A stretch of 64,000 bases of DNA from an uncultured Ignavibacteriales bacterium. Lineage in GTDB: Bacteria; Bacteroidota; Ignavibacteria; Ignavibacteriales; Ignavibacteriaceae. Where the stretch lies: NCBI GenBank assembly GCA_963764825.1, contig CAVXUA010000010.1:45010-109009 (forward strand). Direction: 5' to 3'. The stretch's first letter is position 1; each line of letters opens with the position of its first letter. Below are positions 53,099 through 62,446 of the stretch, piece by piece. The translations under genes were made by a program, and so were the position numbers. The notes below the pieces were generated by a model. That model was not told the origin of the DNA, searched no databases, and saw nothing but the letters and a program-made list of their open reading frames with translations.

Positions 53099-54707
53099 TT
53101 ACATTCCATAATAGAGTGCAATTGAAAACGAATGGTTTTGATCAAGTAGATATTCCGGTGTTCTTTCAGAGTCCTCATCTTTAATATTGGAATACCTGTA
53201 GCTTCCCTTTCAAAACCAGGTCGTGCATATATTCGTAGCGGCAGTTTATTCCAAAATAATTATCCTGCCGGAGAGGAGAATATAAGAACGACTTATTAAA
53301 CTCATCCATTCCGGCGTAAGCAAAATAGATATCATCCAGACCACCTTTCCTGGCTCTTTCAAAATAGGTTTCGATTTTAAGACCTCTTAGAAGTCGATAA
53401 TTGAATTGAATCCTTACCTGGTCTGCATTTTGCCCGAGCCAATGCCCCAAAGTATAATCAAGATGTTTATAATTAGTCGATTCTAATTTATGTTCATAAA
53501 CCCAGGGATTGATACGCGTGTATTCGATTAATAGATCGAGATTATCAACTAATAAATTTACTTTTTTTGCTCCAAATGTATAACCAACCCAAGTGTTGCT
53601 GAAATTATTTTCCAACACGTTTCGTATTTCTGTAACATCGATAAAAGCAGTGGAGTAGAACTGAAATTCTTTGGGGTACTTTAACGAAATATCAAAATAA
53701 AGTGTGCCGTTACCATCATTTACGCTTCCTCTTCCGGTATTATGATCGAGCCATTTAAAAAGAGAAAAGGTATAAACATTTCTGGTCTTAAATCACCACT
53801 GTAAACAAATGAATTGCCAACTGAAATATCCAATCCGGAAAGAGGAGTAATCGTTAACAAGTTTGCCGCAATATATTTATTTATGAATGATTCCTTTATC
53901 CGTGGATCAAGACTCCCCGCATGTTCGTATTGTATCGAGGATGAATCAATAACCAGGGAGTTAAGCCAACCATGTATATAAGAAAATCGAATCCAATCAG
54001 TCGGTTTTAGGTGAAGTTCTATGCGTGGATAATCAGGAGGTTTTGATGATAAAATTAGCTGCCCGAAATTTCCGTGTCCCCAATTAAAATAATCTTTAAT
54101 GATTGAAACCGATCCCCAATTCCAATCGAAAGTAAGACTTCCCTTTACATCATTATATTCAATTCCATTTGGTGCGCCTTTATAATTTGCACCAGTTTGC
54201 GGCGAAAATGATTTATCTTTATCTACATTATCACCGAATTCCCCTTTATCCCTGTATATCCACACTTGCGCCGAACCAATCCTCATAAGTTCCGAAAGCA
54301 GAAAAACCAATCCACCTTGTGTACCCATTTGCCTTACCAATGGTTGAGATGCCATACCCCGCTATTGGCGAAAATTTTAATGAGAAAAGAGAATCACTGT
54401 AACTAAAAAGAAACCATCTTTCATTATCAAAATTATTTAATTCGTAAGCGTATTCCTGTTTGTAAAATTCATACTCTTCCTGTTCAATATTATTAAGATT
54501 ATTTTTAACAGATTCAATTTCAGTTAGTTTTTCAGCAATATATTTCCTTGAGTATGGTTTTACCTCATCATCGAGTTTAATATTATTTTTTAACGATTGC
54601 CTTTCTAAAAATTCGTAAACATCACTTTGTAATGGAGTATAAACAATTTGGGCAAGTGTGCTCGCAGTTAATGTAACTATTGATATGATTAATAGAATGG
54701 ATCGCAT
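53099..54707 (-). CDS. Capsule-assembly Wzi-like outer-membrane protein (at least 3 frameshifts)
   Basis: Signal peptide, then 'DVYEFLERQSLKNNI...VKPYSRKYIAEKL', which is a typical Wzi N-terminus. The beta-barrel remainder is spread over ORFs 54246-54707, 53720-54355 and 53181-53618, with a likely tail to 53099. Confidence 0.55.
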
Positions 54708-54734
54708 TTATGATTTATTTACCTGCAGTGGCAA

Positions 54735-56750
54735 TTATCGGCTTCGTTGTTTATTGAGTAATATATTATTACAAGCTTTCCAGAAATAAATGAAATCAGT
54801 TTTGGAGCGATTTTTATCAAATGCATCAAGATATTTTTCTTCCGATTTTATTATTTCATCAAGATTGGTGGGCATATCCACATAGTAGGGCGGGACTAAT
54901 CCAGGTTTGTACTTTAATCTTCTCTCCCTGAACTCATCATGATAAAGGCCATTGTACTGCATGCTTAACGGTCTGACGCCGAAAAGTTTACAATCTCCCT
55001 TAAACCAGTTAGTAATCATTGGCAGCTCATCAATCCAGAACCTACGGAGTACTTTTCCCCAGGTGGTGATTCTAAAATCATCTTTAAACTTGCCACCCGT
55101 TGCAAGTTGATTTTGCTGATATACAAATTCCTGTAAATATTCCGAATATGGATGCATAGTCCTAAACTTATAAACAAAAATCGGGTTGCCGTTTTTGCCA
55201 ATCCGCTTCATCTTTATAACAGGACTGTAAGACGGATTTTTATCATCTGACGGCTCTTTAATTTTCTTTGCAATAACGTAACAAATATTATCAAGATCTT
55301 TAAGATCCATCACTTCGAAACCGCAATAGTAAAGCCTGCCTAATCCTTCTGCAAGAGATAATGCCCGGTTTTTTCCTTTTGTAAATGCGAAAAATACTTT
55401 ACGAATAACAGGCAGTTTTGGTATAACCCGATGCCTTATAAAATCGCTCAGGTAGAAAATATTTGCCACCAGGAACGGATATTTTTTAAAGAATCTTTTG
55501 TACCTGTACCTGATAGGTTCGAAATTTAATACCAGTACACCACCCTCAATAAGCCGCTTATTAATTTCGATAAGATATGCGTTTATCCGTCTGATATCAT
55601 TTAGCTGGTGCAAATTAATAAATAATTCAAGATGATTTTCTAGTAAAGTTGATACGTTGTACGGGTCGGCGGAACGAAATACAGATGTACGATCAATATC
55701 GAATGTACTCAGATCAAGTTTTCGTTCAAGGAATGAGAATACTTCAGGATATTGCTTAAAGTATATGAATTCCAGCTTGCTTTTTAACTTAGATACCTTT
55801 GGGAAATTTCCTTCCAACTTATACTTGATAATTTCAACAGGCACAGTATTAGTATCAACATCCGGAATTTTCAGTTCGTATGCATGAAGAAAATTGCTTT
55901 GAATTTCATCGGTTTTTTGAGGTACTTTATCCAGGTAAAGAAAAATGGTTACCGTAAGGGAAAGTAAGAAATAAAGCAAAATACTTCCCAGGTAAACACC
56001 ACTGTTTTGATCAGGCACCTGCAGTACGTAAACGATTATTGATAACAGGGCAATAATCAGAATATAAAATTTTAATTGAACTCCTATCGCTTTCCAGAAA
56101 TTAAATACTTTACCAAATGGTTTGAACTGATGTGTAATAGTTGCCGCGAACAACCAGCTTAAATAGGTGCATACTACTAAGATGATCTGATTTTCATCAA
56201 GATTTTCAACCAGGTATCGTTTTTCATAAAGATAAAAAAGAATGAAAGTTAGGAGTAAGAAATCAATAATTAATAAAGTGTAAGATATTGATCCTCTATC
56301 CAATTTTGGTATTTCTATCTTACCATTCATTTTGAGTAGTTCAATACCGGCTTCAATAAGAAAGGCAGATATTAAGGAGCCAACAACAACGAATCGTGAT
56401 ATAGAGAGTTCGGTTTGCAGTAATAAAATTGCAATTGTACCAAGCGCAACAACTAATGAAATATAATATCTTTTTAATCTTACCAGCAGGATGTGCTCCG
56501 GTTTAATCCTGAACTTTCTGGAGAGCAAACTTCCCAAACCCCAGCCAGCTATCATTATCGGGAGGAATTTTATATAATTTACATCATAGATAAATCCTTT
56601 TTTCTTCAAGATAAAAAAGACCAGGTAGCAAGTTAAATAGATAAAGAAGTTTAAAGTGATTCTAATAGCAAGACTCTTTTTACCTATCTTTTCAACCGAA
56701 GAGTTTATTACCGGCGCAGATATTGTAGAATGTGCTTCTGTATGATCCAT
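54735..56750 (-). CDS. Polyprenyl-phosphate sugar-phosphate transferase (bacterial sugar transferase family) with multi-TM N-domain
   Basis: 671 aa. C-terminal 'IFVYKFRTM...DFRITTWGKVLRRFWIDELPMITNWFKGDCKLFGVRP'. Confidence 0.85.
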   Translation of the reverse strand: MDHTEAHSTISAPVINSSVEKIGKKSLAIRITLNFFIYLTCYLVFFILKKKGFIYDVNYIKFLPIMIAGWGLGSLLSRKFRIKPEHILLVRLKRYYISLVVALGTIAILLLQTELSISRFVVVGSLISAFLIEAGIELLKMNGKIEIPKLDRGSISYTLLIIDFLLLTFILFYLYEKRYLVENLDENQIILVVCTYLSWLFAATITHQFKPFGKVFNFWKAIGVQLKFYILIIALLSIIVYVLQVPDQNSGVYLGSILLYFLLSLTVTIFLYLDKVPQKTDEIQSNFLHAYELKIPDVDTNTVPVEIIKYKLEGNFPKVSKLKSKLEFIYFKQYPEVFSFLERKLDLSTFDIDRTSVFRSADPYNVSTLLENHLELFINLHQLNDIRRINAYLIEINKRLIEGGVLVLNFEPIRYRYKRFFKKYPFLVANIFYLSDFIRHRVIPKLPVIRKVFFAFTKGKNRALSLAEGLGRLYYCGFEVMDLKDLDNICYVIAKKIKEPSDDKNPSYSPVIKMKRIGKNGNPIFVYKFRTMHPYSEYLQEFVYQQNQLATGGKFKDDFRITTWGKVLRRFWIDELPMITNWFKGDCKLFGVRPLSMQYNGLYHDEFRERRLKYKPGLVPPYYVDMPTNLDEIIKSEEKYLDAFDKNRSKTDFIYFWKACNNILLNKQRSR

Positions 56751-56884
56751 TAAGTATAATTTAAATAAAAATGTTCAGATGTATCTGTAATAAAAATTGA
56801 CAATTATCTCTTTATTATCAAACTTTAATTTAAATAATTGAAAAAATATTTGCGGAAGAGCAATAAATACTATATTAATTCCTT

Positions 56885-58167
56885 ATGAGTAAAATACTAA
56901 AAAATAAAAAAATAATAATTGTTTTTTTTCTTGTTAATAGTTTCATATTGAACCTTGCAATTGGTACTATCTCTAACTACAGTGCTAATATATTTATCCT
57001 TAAGTGCGTTTCTTCCATACTGTTATTTCTTCTGATATTTATTGATACCAGGATTAATAGAATAGATATCCAAAATTTACTGAAGGAAAACAATCCCAGG
57101 AAATTAGCTATTATCCTCATCCTATTTATCGGCTACTTAAGCCTTACGCTAATTTATTCTAATAATCCTGCGTACGGTGCGCAAAAGATATTAAATTTTC
57201 TTATAAGCACCATCCCATCCATTTTTGCATTTTATTATTTAGTTATAACAAACAGTAAAGAACGCTTTGGGGTTTTTATTTATTCAATTGTTGTGATTAC
57301 AATAGTATCTGTTACATATATAATATTTGATTATCCATTTGAACAATCTACGATTTATGAATACACGGCAGGGAGGTGGAGCCACGTTATTTACGGCAGG
57401 ATAATTGGCAGCATTGCAGTAGTTCTTTTCCTGTATCTAATGTGGATGATAGAAAAACGGGAGACGAGAGATGAAAGACGAAAGAAGAAAGAATCCAAGT
57501 GGAAAGTTTTATCAATTATAATTTTTACTTCAATCTCTGTATACGGATTGTATATATCATCTTTGCGATCAGCAATGTTGGGTTTGGTTTTGTTCGTTGT
57601 TCTTGGTGCGGCGTTCTTAGTTTATGAGCTGATTGCAAGAAGTGAGAAGCGAGCACAAAGGAGATACCAATTAGCTGGTATTGTAGCAGTTATAATTTTT
57701 ACTTTATCATTTATAATTCTACTCCCTAAACCGGGAATAATTGAAACCCGTTTTGATAACCTAATTCAAATAGAAAATTTTAAGTTTGGAGGGGATGGAG
57801 CTATAAATTCACGCATAGAAGAGCTGCGCATCAGTAAAGAATTATTTTTAGAGCATCCGCTAATTGGGGTTGGGTTTGGGGGTTATAGAAGCTATAATGA
57901 ATTTACAGAAGTAGTTAGATATCCGCATAATATATTTGTTGAGATGGGAGTTGAAGGGGGAGTGGTTGGTGTTGTTAGTTCTTTGTGCGTTGTGCTTTGT
58001 TATTTTGAAATATACTGTATAGATATTCACCTTTTATTTTAATTTTTGCACTTTTTGCATTTTGGTTAGCAATGTTTTCAAAAGAATTATCCAACCAGGC
58101 ATTGTTGTGGATCTTTGTTGCGTTTATCCCGCTTACACCAAAGGTTACTGAGCAAAAGACATCTTAA
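56885..58167 (+). CDS. O-antigen ligase/polymerase (Wzy-like) membrane protein (frameshift near 58030)
   Basis: About 10 TM helices. 'GVGFGGYRSY...YPHNIFVEMGVEGG' is the Wzy_C loop. Final helices 'FALFAFWLAMFS...WIFVAFIPLTPK' lie in an adjacent frame. Confidence 0.75.
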
Positions 58168-58899
58168 TATTTCCTCCAATTTTACCTTATCTATCTCCTT
58201 AAAAGTTTACCAAAAGTTTACCATTTCTTTACCGGAATTTTACTTAGCTGTCAATGGAATCTTTGAAAATGACTTAAAAACAAATATAATACAGCTAATA
58301 GACAATTATTGTTATAATATAATACTTGATAGTATGATTAATTCAAATTTAATAGGCATCTTTGGTATTACTTCATCGGATGAACAGTTGAAATATTCAG
58401 TTAGTAACATAGCAGCACACTTTTGGAATTGCGAAAATAAAAAAATATTAATTTTAATTTGACAGTATAGTAAAAGGTCTTTATATTCAGTTATCTCGTT
58501 CTTTAACATACCTATTAAGATGGCAATAGCATCAGAAAGGATAGTGCCCGACACCTCATTGGAAGTGATGAGTACAGGATTTAATACTCCGGTCCCACTA
58601 ACTTCCTGATTGCTAGTGGATAATAGAATATGGAAAAGAACTAAGATAGTCTTTCCGACTCGCCTGTTAGGCCAGCGCGAGGGGTAGAAAAGTTTAATAC
58701 CTTTTTTGCCTGGGAACCTCAATTGCCTGGCCGTTAAAATATTAATCTTTCATCAGTTATGAATCTTTTATTCTACAAAATAAGAGATGGACCATTAATG
58801 TGGTCTATCATCAGAGGGTAAAGATCTAAACTCTTTATTTCCTTTGAATACGTTCAGGAATAATAAAAAATTTAATATTAATTTATTTGGAGAACTGCA

Positions 58900-59406
58900 A
58901 TGTCAAAGCCAGAAAAAAAACAACAATTTATTGAACTACGAGCAGTTGGGATATCATTTGAGAAAATAAGCAAACAGATAGGTGTATCGAAGCCAACACT
59001 AATCAAATGGAATCCTGAACTGCAACCTCAAATAAGGCAAGCAAGAGAACAATATACTAAAGGATTGCAGGAAGAAATAGCAACCCAAAGATTAGGTTTC
59101 GGAATGATTCTTTTGAAAAAACTTGAGCAACTTTATGACTCAATTCTTCCAGAGAAATATAACGACTTGAAGACAATGGATAAGGTGATACTTGCAACAA
59201 AAATTGAAAGCCTATTGACTTCGATGACAAATGTAAACCAGGTAACTATTGATCGACATAAAAGGAAAGTGAAAAATTTAGATAGAATCGATCAAATGAT
59301 CATAGAGGATATAAAAAAGGTAATTCAAGTCTATAGAGAAAATGGTAAGGAGACATCGAAATTTTGGCAGTTGATAGAGAATTTAAGAATGGACAACGAA
59401 TTTTAG
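58900..59406 (+). CDS. Orphan helix-turn-helix protein, 168 aa, with a coiled-coil tail
   Basis: GGAG lies 8 nt before the ATG. 'FIELRAVGISFEKISKQIGVSKPTLIKW' is a classic HTH similar to the N-termini of terminase small subunits, transposases and resolvases. No catalytic domain follows. Confidence 0.55.
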   Translation: MSKPEKKQQFIELRAVGISFEKISKQIGVSKPTLIKWNPELQPQIRQAREQYTKGLQEEIATQRLGFGMILLKKLEQLYDSILPEKYNDLKTMDKVILATKIESLLTSMTNVNQVTIDRHKRKVKNLDRIDQMIIEDIKKVIQVYRENGKETSKFWQLIENLRMDNEF

Positions 59407-59506
59407 ACTGCTGAAAAAGAATAGCCCGGGCTGCTGATTTAAGTATTTAAAGGTCTTTAGTAATTAAATCTATACGGGTAGTCCGGGTTCTCTTTTCATT
59501 TTACTC

Positions 59507-59525
59507 ACGCTTTCCGGGTAGTTTT
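59507..59525. repeat. 19-nt exact repeat, copy 1 (ACGCTTTCCGGGTAGTTTT)
   Basis: Identical to 60420-60438. Covers the last codons of the deacetylase gene. Confidence 0.9.
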
Positions 59526-60211
59526 TCTTTGGATTTGTTAACATAAAAATATTTCTTAATGACATTTTTTAAATTTTGCACAAATCAATTCCTTAACCCA
59601 AGGTAATGAATTTGGAATTCCATCTTTCAGGATGGATAGTAAACATCATTTTATCCGGCAGCTTATCAATATTATTTATTATATCGAAAGTTGATTTTAA
59701 GATTCCTCACACTTGTAGTGAGATTGAACTTTATCACGAACACTTACAGAATCTCCATTCCAGCGTCTTCCTGTATCTGTTAAGTAACCAAATTGATTCC
59801 AATCAGTATCTAAGTGTGCATCGCCAAAATGCCTAATTCTTTGTAATTATATTTTTTCCAGATCATTTTATTATCATAACGGGAGAGGGGAGAGCCGTGT
59901 GCACAAATGGTTTTTATTTCAGCAACTTTTCTAATTTTTTCAAGGTTACTTTTAAATAATTCCCAGGCATCATCAATCAATTCTTCTTCTGAACGTTGAA
60001 CACCGAACCTTGAACTACAGTATCCATTTCCTCATAATGATACCCAATCTCGTGCCCCATAGCTTCTATTTCTTTAATGATATTTTCATCAAAACTTTCC
60101 GGAACAATTCTGAAATAATAAGTGCCTTTTATACCTAAGTTCTTTTTCAAGCTTTGCCATTTCAAGTGCGTTTGCGGTCTGCGGTCTACATCGTGGCGGA
60201 GAATCATTGTC

Positions 60212-60233
60212 ATTCCGGACTCCGATCCGGAAT
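60212..60233. repeat. Perfect 8-bp-stem palindrome (ATTCCGGA-ctccga-TCCGGAAT), core of a ~37-nt insertion in the deacetylase ORF
   Basis: Read directly from the sequence. Removing about 37 nt around it joins '...KFTVAI' to 'ILRHDVD' in frame. Confidence 0.8.
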
Positions 60234-60416
60234 CTGCGGACTATTGCTACAGTGAATTTATCCGCTTCTGGCAGAACGCTTACTTTTTTTACATACTCCC
60301 CGAAACGCAACAAACCCATAATTCTTCTTTTTCAAAGCTCCAAGCAGAAAGCGATATGTTTTTAGTGTAAAATCCATCTACCTGAAATTATATTGATAAT
60401 TTGGATTTTCCTTCAT

Positions 60417-61412
60417 TCAACGCTTTCCGGGTAGTTTTCAACAAACCAGACAAAGAAGGCAGTGACATCAATCTTATCCGCTAACATTTTTTTCCTCTTT
60501 TCTTGCCAATATACTTTCAGGTTAGCAGATTTAGCTCTTTAAGTTTTTCAATATTTCTCAGACTATCTCGTTAAAGCCAATGTTAATCCATATTTGATCT
60601 GTTAAAGGAGAGTTCAACAAAAGAGTTGCTTATTATGTGGTGGTGGCAAGAACAGCAGCTTCAGAAATGTTTTACTATCACCAATCAACATATTGGCATA
60701 ATACATAAATGAATGAATTTTGTGGGGTGGAATGGATATCTTATACTGTTCAAATTCAGGATCAATTTACGCTCTGTTGTGATGAACACTCTTCCGTGTT
60801 TTGAAAGAAGCTGTACAAATTTTCTTTTGCTCTCTATAGATAATCCCGCGCACCAACATCGTGATGCGCTTTGAATGAATTGAACCTCAGAATAGAATAT
60901 TTTTCACTTTCTTTTAACCAGCTTCCTTTAAAACCGATGGATCCGGTGTAAATCTCTTTGGGTGAAGATAAGCAAGCTCGTGGTAACCTGCATAATAAAC
61001 AGTCCTTCTTTTTACGTTTTGAGACATCAGATAGAATCAGGTCAGCGAAAGGATGACCGAACTTCGTCAATGCCGCCAACTTCATATTGCTCATCGTCCA
61101 AGTAATCGATTTAACTTTGCCTATTTTAGAAACGTGGCGCAATTTGAATTTGAAAAAACCAATTGCTAAATGAATTTTCTGCTGATTTACGATTTTGAAC
61201 TTCCCCCTTAACCACATTTACTGGTCTACTCATCTTCCCCGAGAGAATCGATTTACTTCCTATTTGCCGAGGGTATCTCGTAGAGTTCAACTTTTTGTGA
61301 TTGTATATCCCTAACTGTTATTAACGGATTGTTCCCCTTCGAGATTAAATATTCTGATTAAGTTGCTGAAAAGGTGAACATTACCGATGACCTATATCAA
61401 TCAGGATTTCAT
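60417..61412 (-). pseudogene. DUF354-family (GT-B-like) protein, multiply frameshifted
   Basis: 'MKILIDIGH', 'NVHLF.NLI', 'ITVRD', 'FGHPFADLI', 'YAGYHELAYLHPKRFTPDPSVLKEAG', 'FKAHHDVGA', 'RVFITTE', 'IPPHKIHSFMYYANMLIGDS' are collinear across frames. Confidence 0.6.
60420..60438. repeat. 19-nt exact repeat, copy 2 (ACGCTTTCCGGGTAGTTTT)
   Basis: Identical to 59507-59525. Covers the last codons of the DUF354 gene. Confidence 0.9.
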
Positions 61413-62403
61413 TGAAGCTTCTGTAAAATTTTTAAGCCTAATTTTCCTGTTTTCATAAGCAGAGGTTTATGTACTTTTTGATATCTCTGCAATTCGACGA
61501 ACTCACCACCAAATTTCTTTTTATATTCGCGCACACCATAGGGAACATCAGGTTTACCGGCACCGCCAAAATCAAATATTTTATAACCATTCTTTTTTAA
61601 ATATTTTCAGCACTTCCCAGGTAATCAGATCATTCGGATATTTATCATAGTGTTCCTTTTTACTGCCCGGCATAACGAATCGAGTTCCTCCTTTACAGAG
61701 CGTAGATTGTCCAAATGCTTTCATTATAAAATGCTCCGAAAAATCTTACCATTTTGACAGGAATTAATGCGAAAAGCGTTAGCGAATAAACTTAAATCAG
61801 CTATTGGCAGTTTGGCTCTTTGATATACTTCTTTCAATATATTGTAGCTTTTTTCAAGTGTATCTATATCACGGAATTCTTTTACAGTAATACCATTCTT
61901 TTCAGCACGCCTTATTTCATTTCGTCGTTTTGAATAAACTTCTTTCCAGAGAGTATCCTCATCTTTTGACAGATCAATTATAATATTTATTCTCTTTTCT
62001 GATTTGTATCCTGACTCAATCAATATATTGTTATATGACAATTTAAAATTTCTATCTCTGTATACATAGAAGCTTAATGTTAACTCTCTTTTTTATACTC
62101 TTCAAAATATCTTTAGCTATATTTTCATTGTTTCTTGGCTAATGGGCCGCCAATTATAATTGATTTTGCAATCATTTTACCGGCAAGACCATTGGGTTTT
62201 TTAGGTTATCGCAATGTTATAATTATGAATTCTATAACATCGAACTATTATTTTTATTTGTATTATTATCGGTTCTCATAATTTTTTGTTTTACTGAAGC
62301 AACAGAATCATTATTTATAATATTTCCAAAAAAAGGGATGATTTAATACAAAAGCATCAAAAGGATTTATATCAGTTTTATCTATATCTGTAATTATTTT
62401 CAT
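61409..62403 (-). pseudogene. FemAB-family / GNAT-fold peptidyl or acyl transferase of EPS loci, multiply frameshifted
   Basis: 'MKIITDIDK.DINPFDAFVLNHP', 'DEDTLWKEVYSKRRNEIRRAEKNGITVKEF', 'GSKKEHYDKYPNDLITWEVL', 'FDFGGAGKPDVPYGVREYKKKFGGEF'. Its stop overlaps the DUF354 start (ATGA). Confidence 0.6.
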
Positions 62404-62446
62404 ATTCATATATTAAATTAGCTTTTACTGGGATTCATTGAAATTT

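Larger units (their letters stand above)
59501..60377 (-). pseudogene. Polysaccharide deacetylase-family protein, multiply frameshifted and carrying a 37-nt palindromic insertion
   Basis: 'ILRHDVDR', 'ANALEMAKLEKEL', 'GIKGTYYFRIVPESFD', 'GHEIGYHYE', 'ICAHGSPLS', 'DTGRRWNGD', 'MMFTIHPERW' are found collinearly across all three minus frames. Confidence 0.7.

Noticed and set aside
57440-57670. Purine-rich segments encoding 'RETRDERRKKKESKWK' and 'ARSEKRAQRRYQ' inside the Wzy-like membrane protein; considered as possible inserted elements
   Set aside because: They are in frame, flanked by normal TM helices, and consistent with cytoplasmic loops (positive-inside rule). No repeat or hairpin structure was found.
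58115-58462. Plus-strand ORF whose end ('IGIFGITSSDEQLKYSVSNIAAHFWNCENKKILILI') loosely resembles the Walker-A region of BY-kinases (Wzc/CpsD)
   Set aside because: The GK[ST] P-loop is absent at both protein and nucleotide level. The ORF stops after about 40 matching residues and no continuation exists downstream. This is too weak to call even as a remnant. The first part of the listed ORF overlaps the true C-terminus of the Wzy-like gene in another frame.
58312-58722. 136-aa minus-strand ORF spanning the hairpin-rich island
   Set aside because: It has no start context and no recognisable motif. It is antisense to the short plus-strand ORF at 58334-58462. Its composition ('STSNQEVSGTGVLNPVLITSNEVSGT') looks like translated structured or GC-richer DNA. 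It is treated as non-coding and discussed under the ncRNA-candidate finding.
58640-58735. Possible ZTP (pfl) or other riboswitch ('GACTCGCC...TTGCCTGGGA')
   Set aside because: It only superficially resembles the ZTP 'GACUGGCG...CCGCCUGGGC' cores. Key conserved nucleotides differ, and no purine or folate gene lies downstream.
59425-59434. 10-bp perfect palindrome AGCCCGGGCT between the convergent HTH and deacetylase genes
   Set aside because: It is too short and lacks a T-run on either strand to call a terminator. It could be a restriction-type site occurring by chance.
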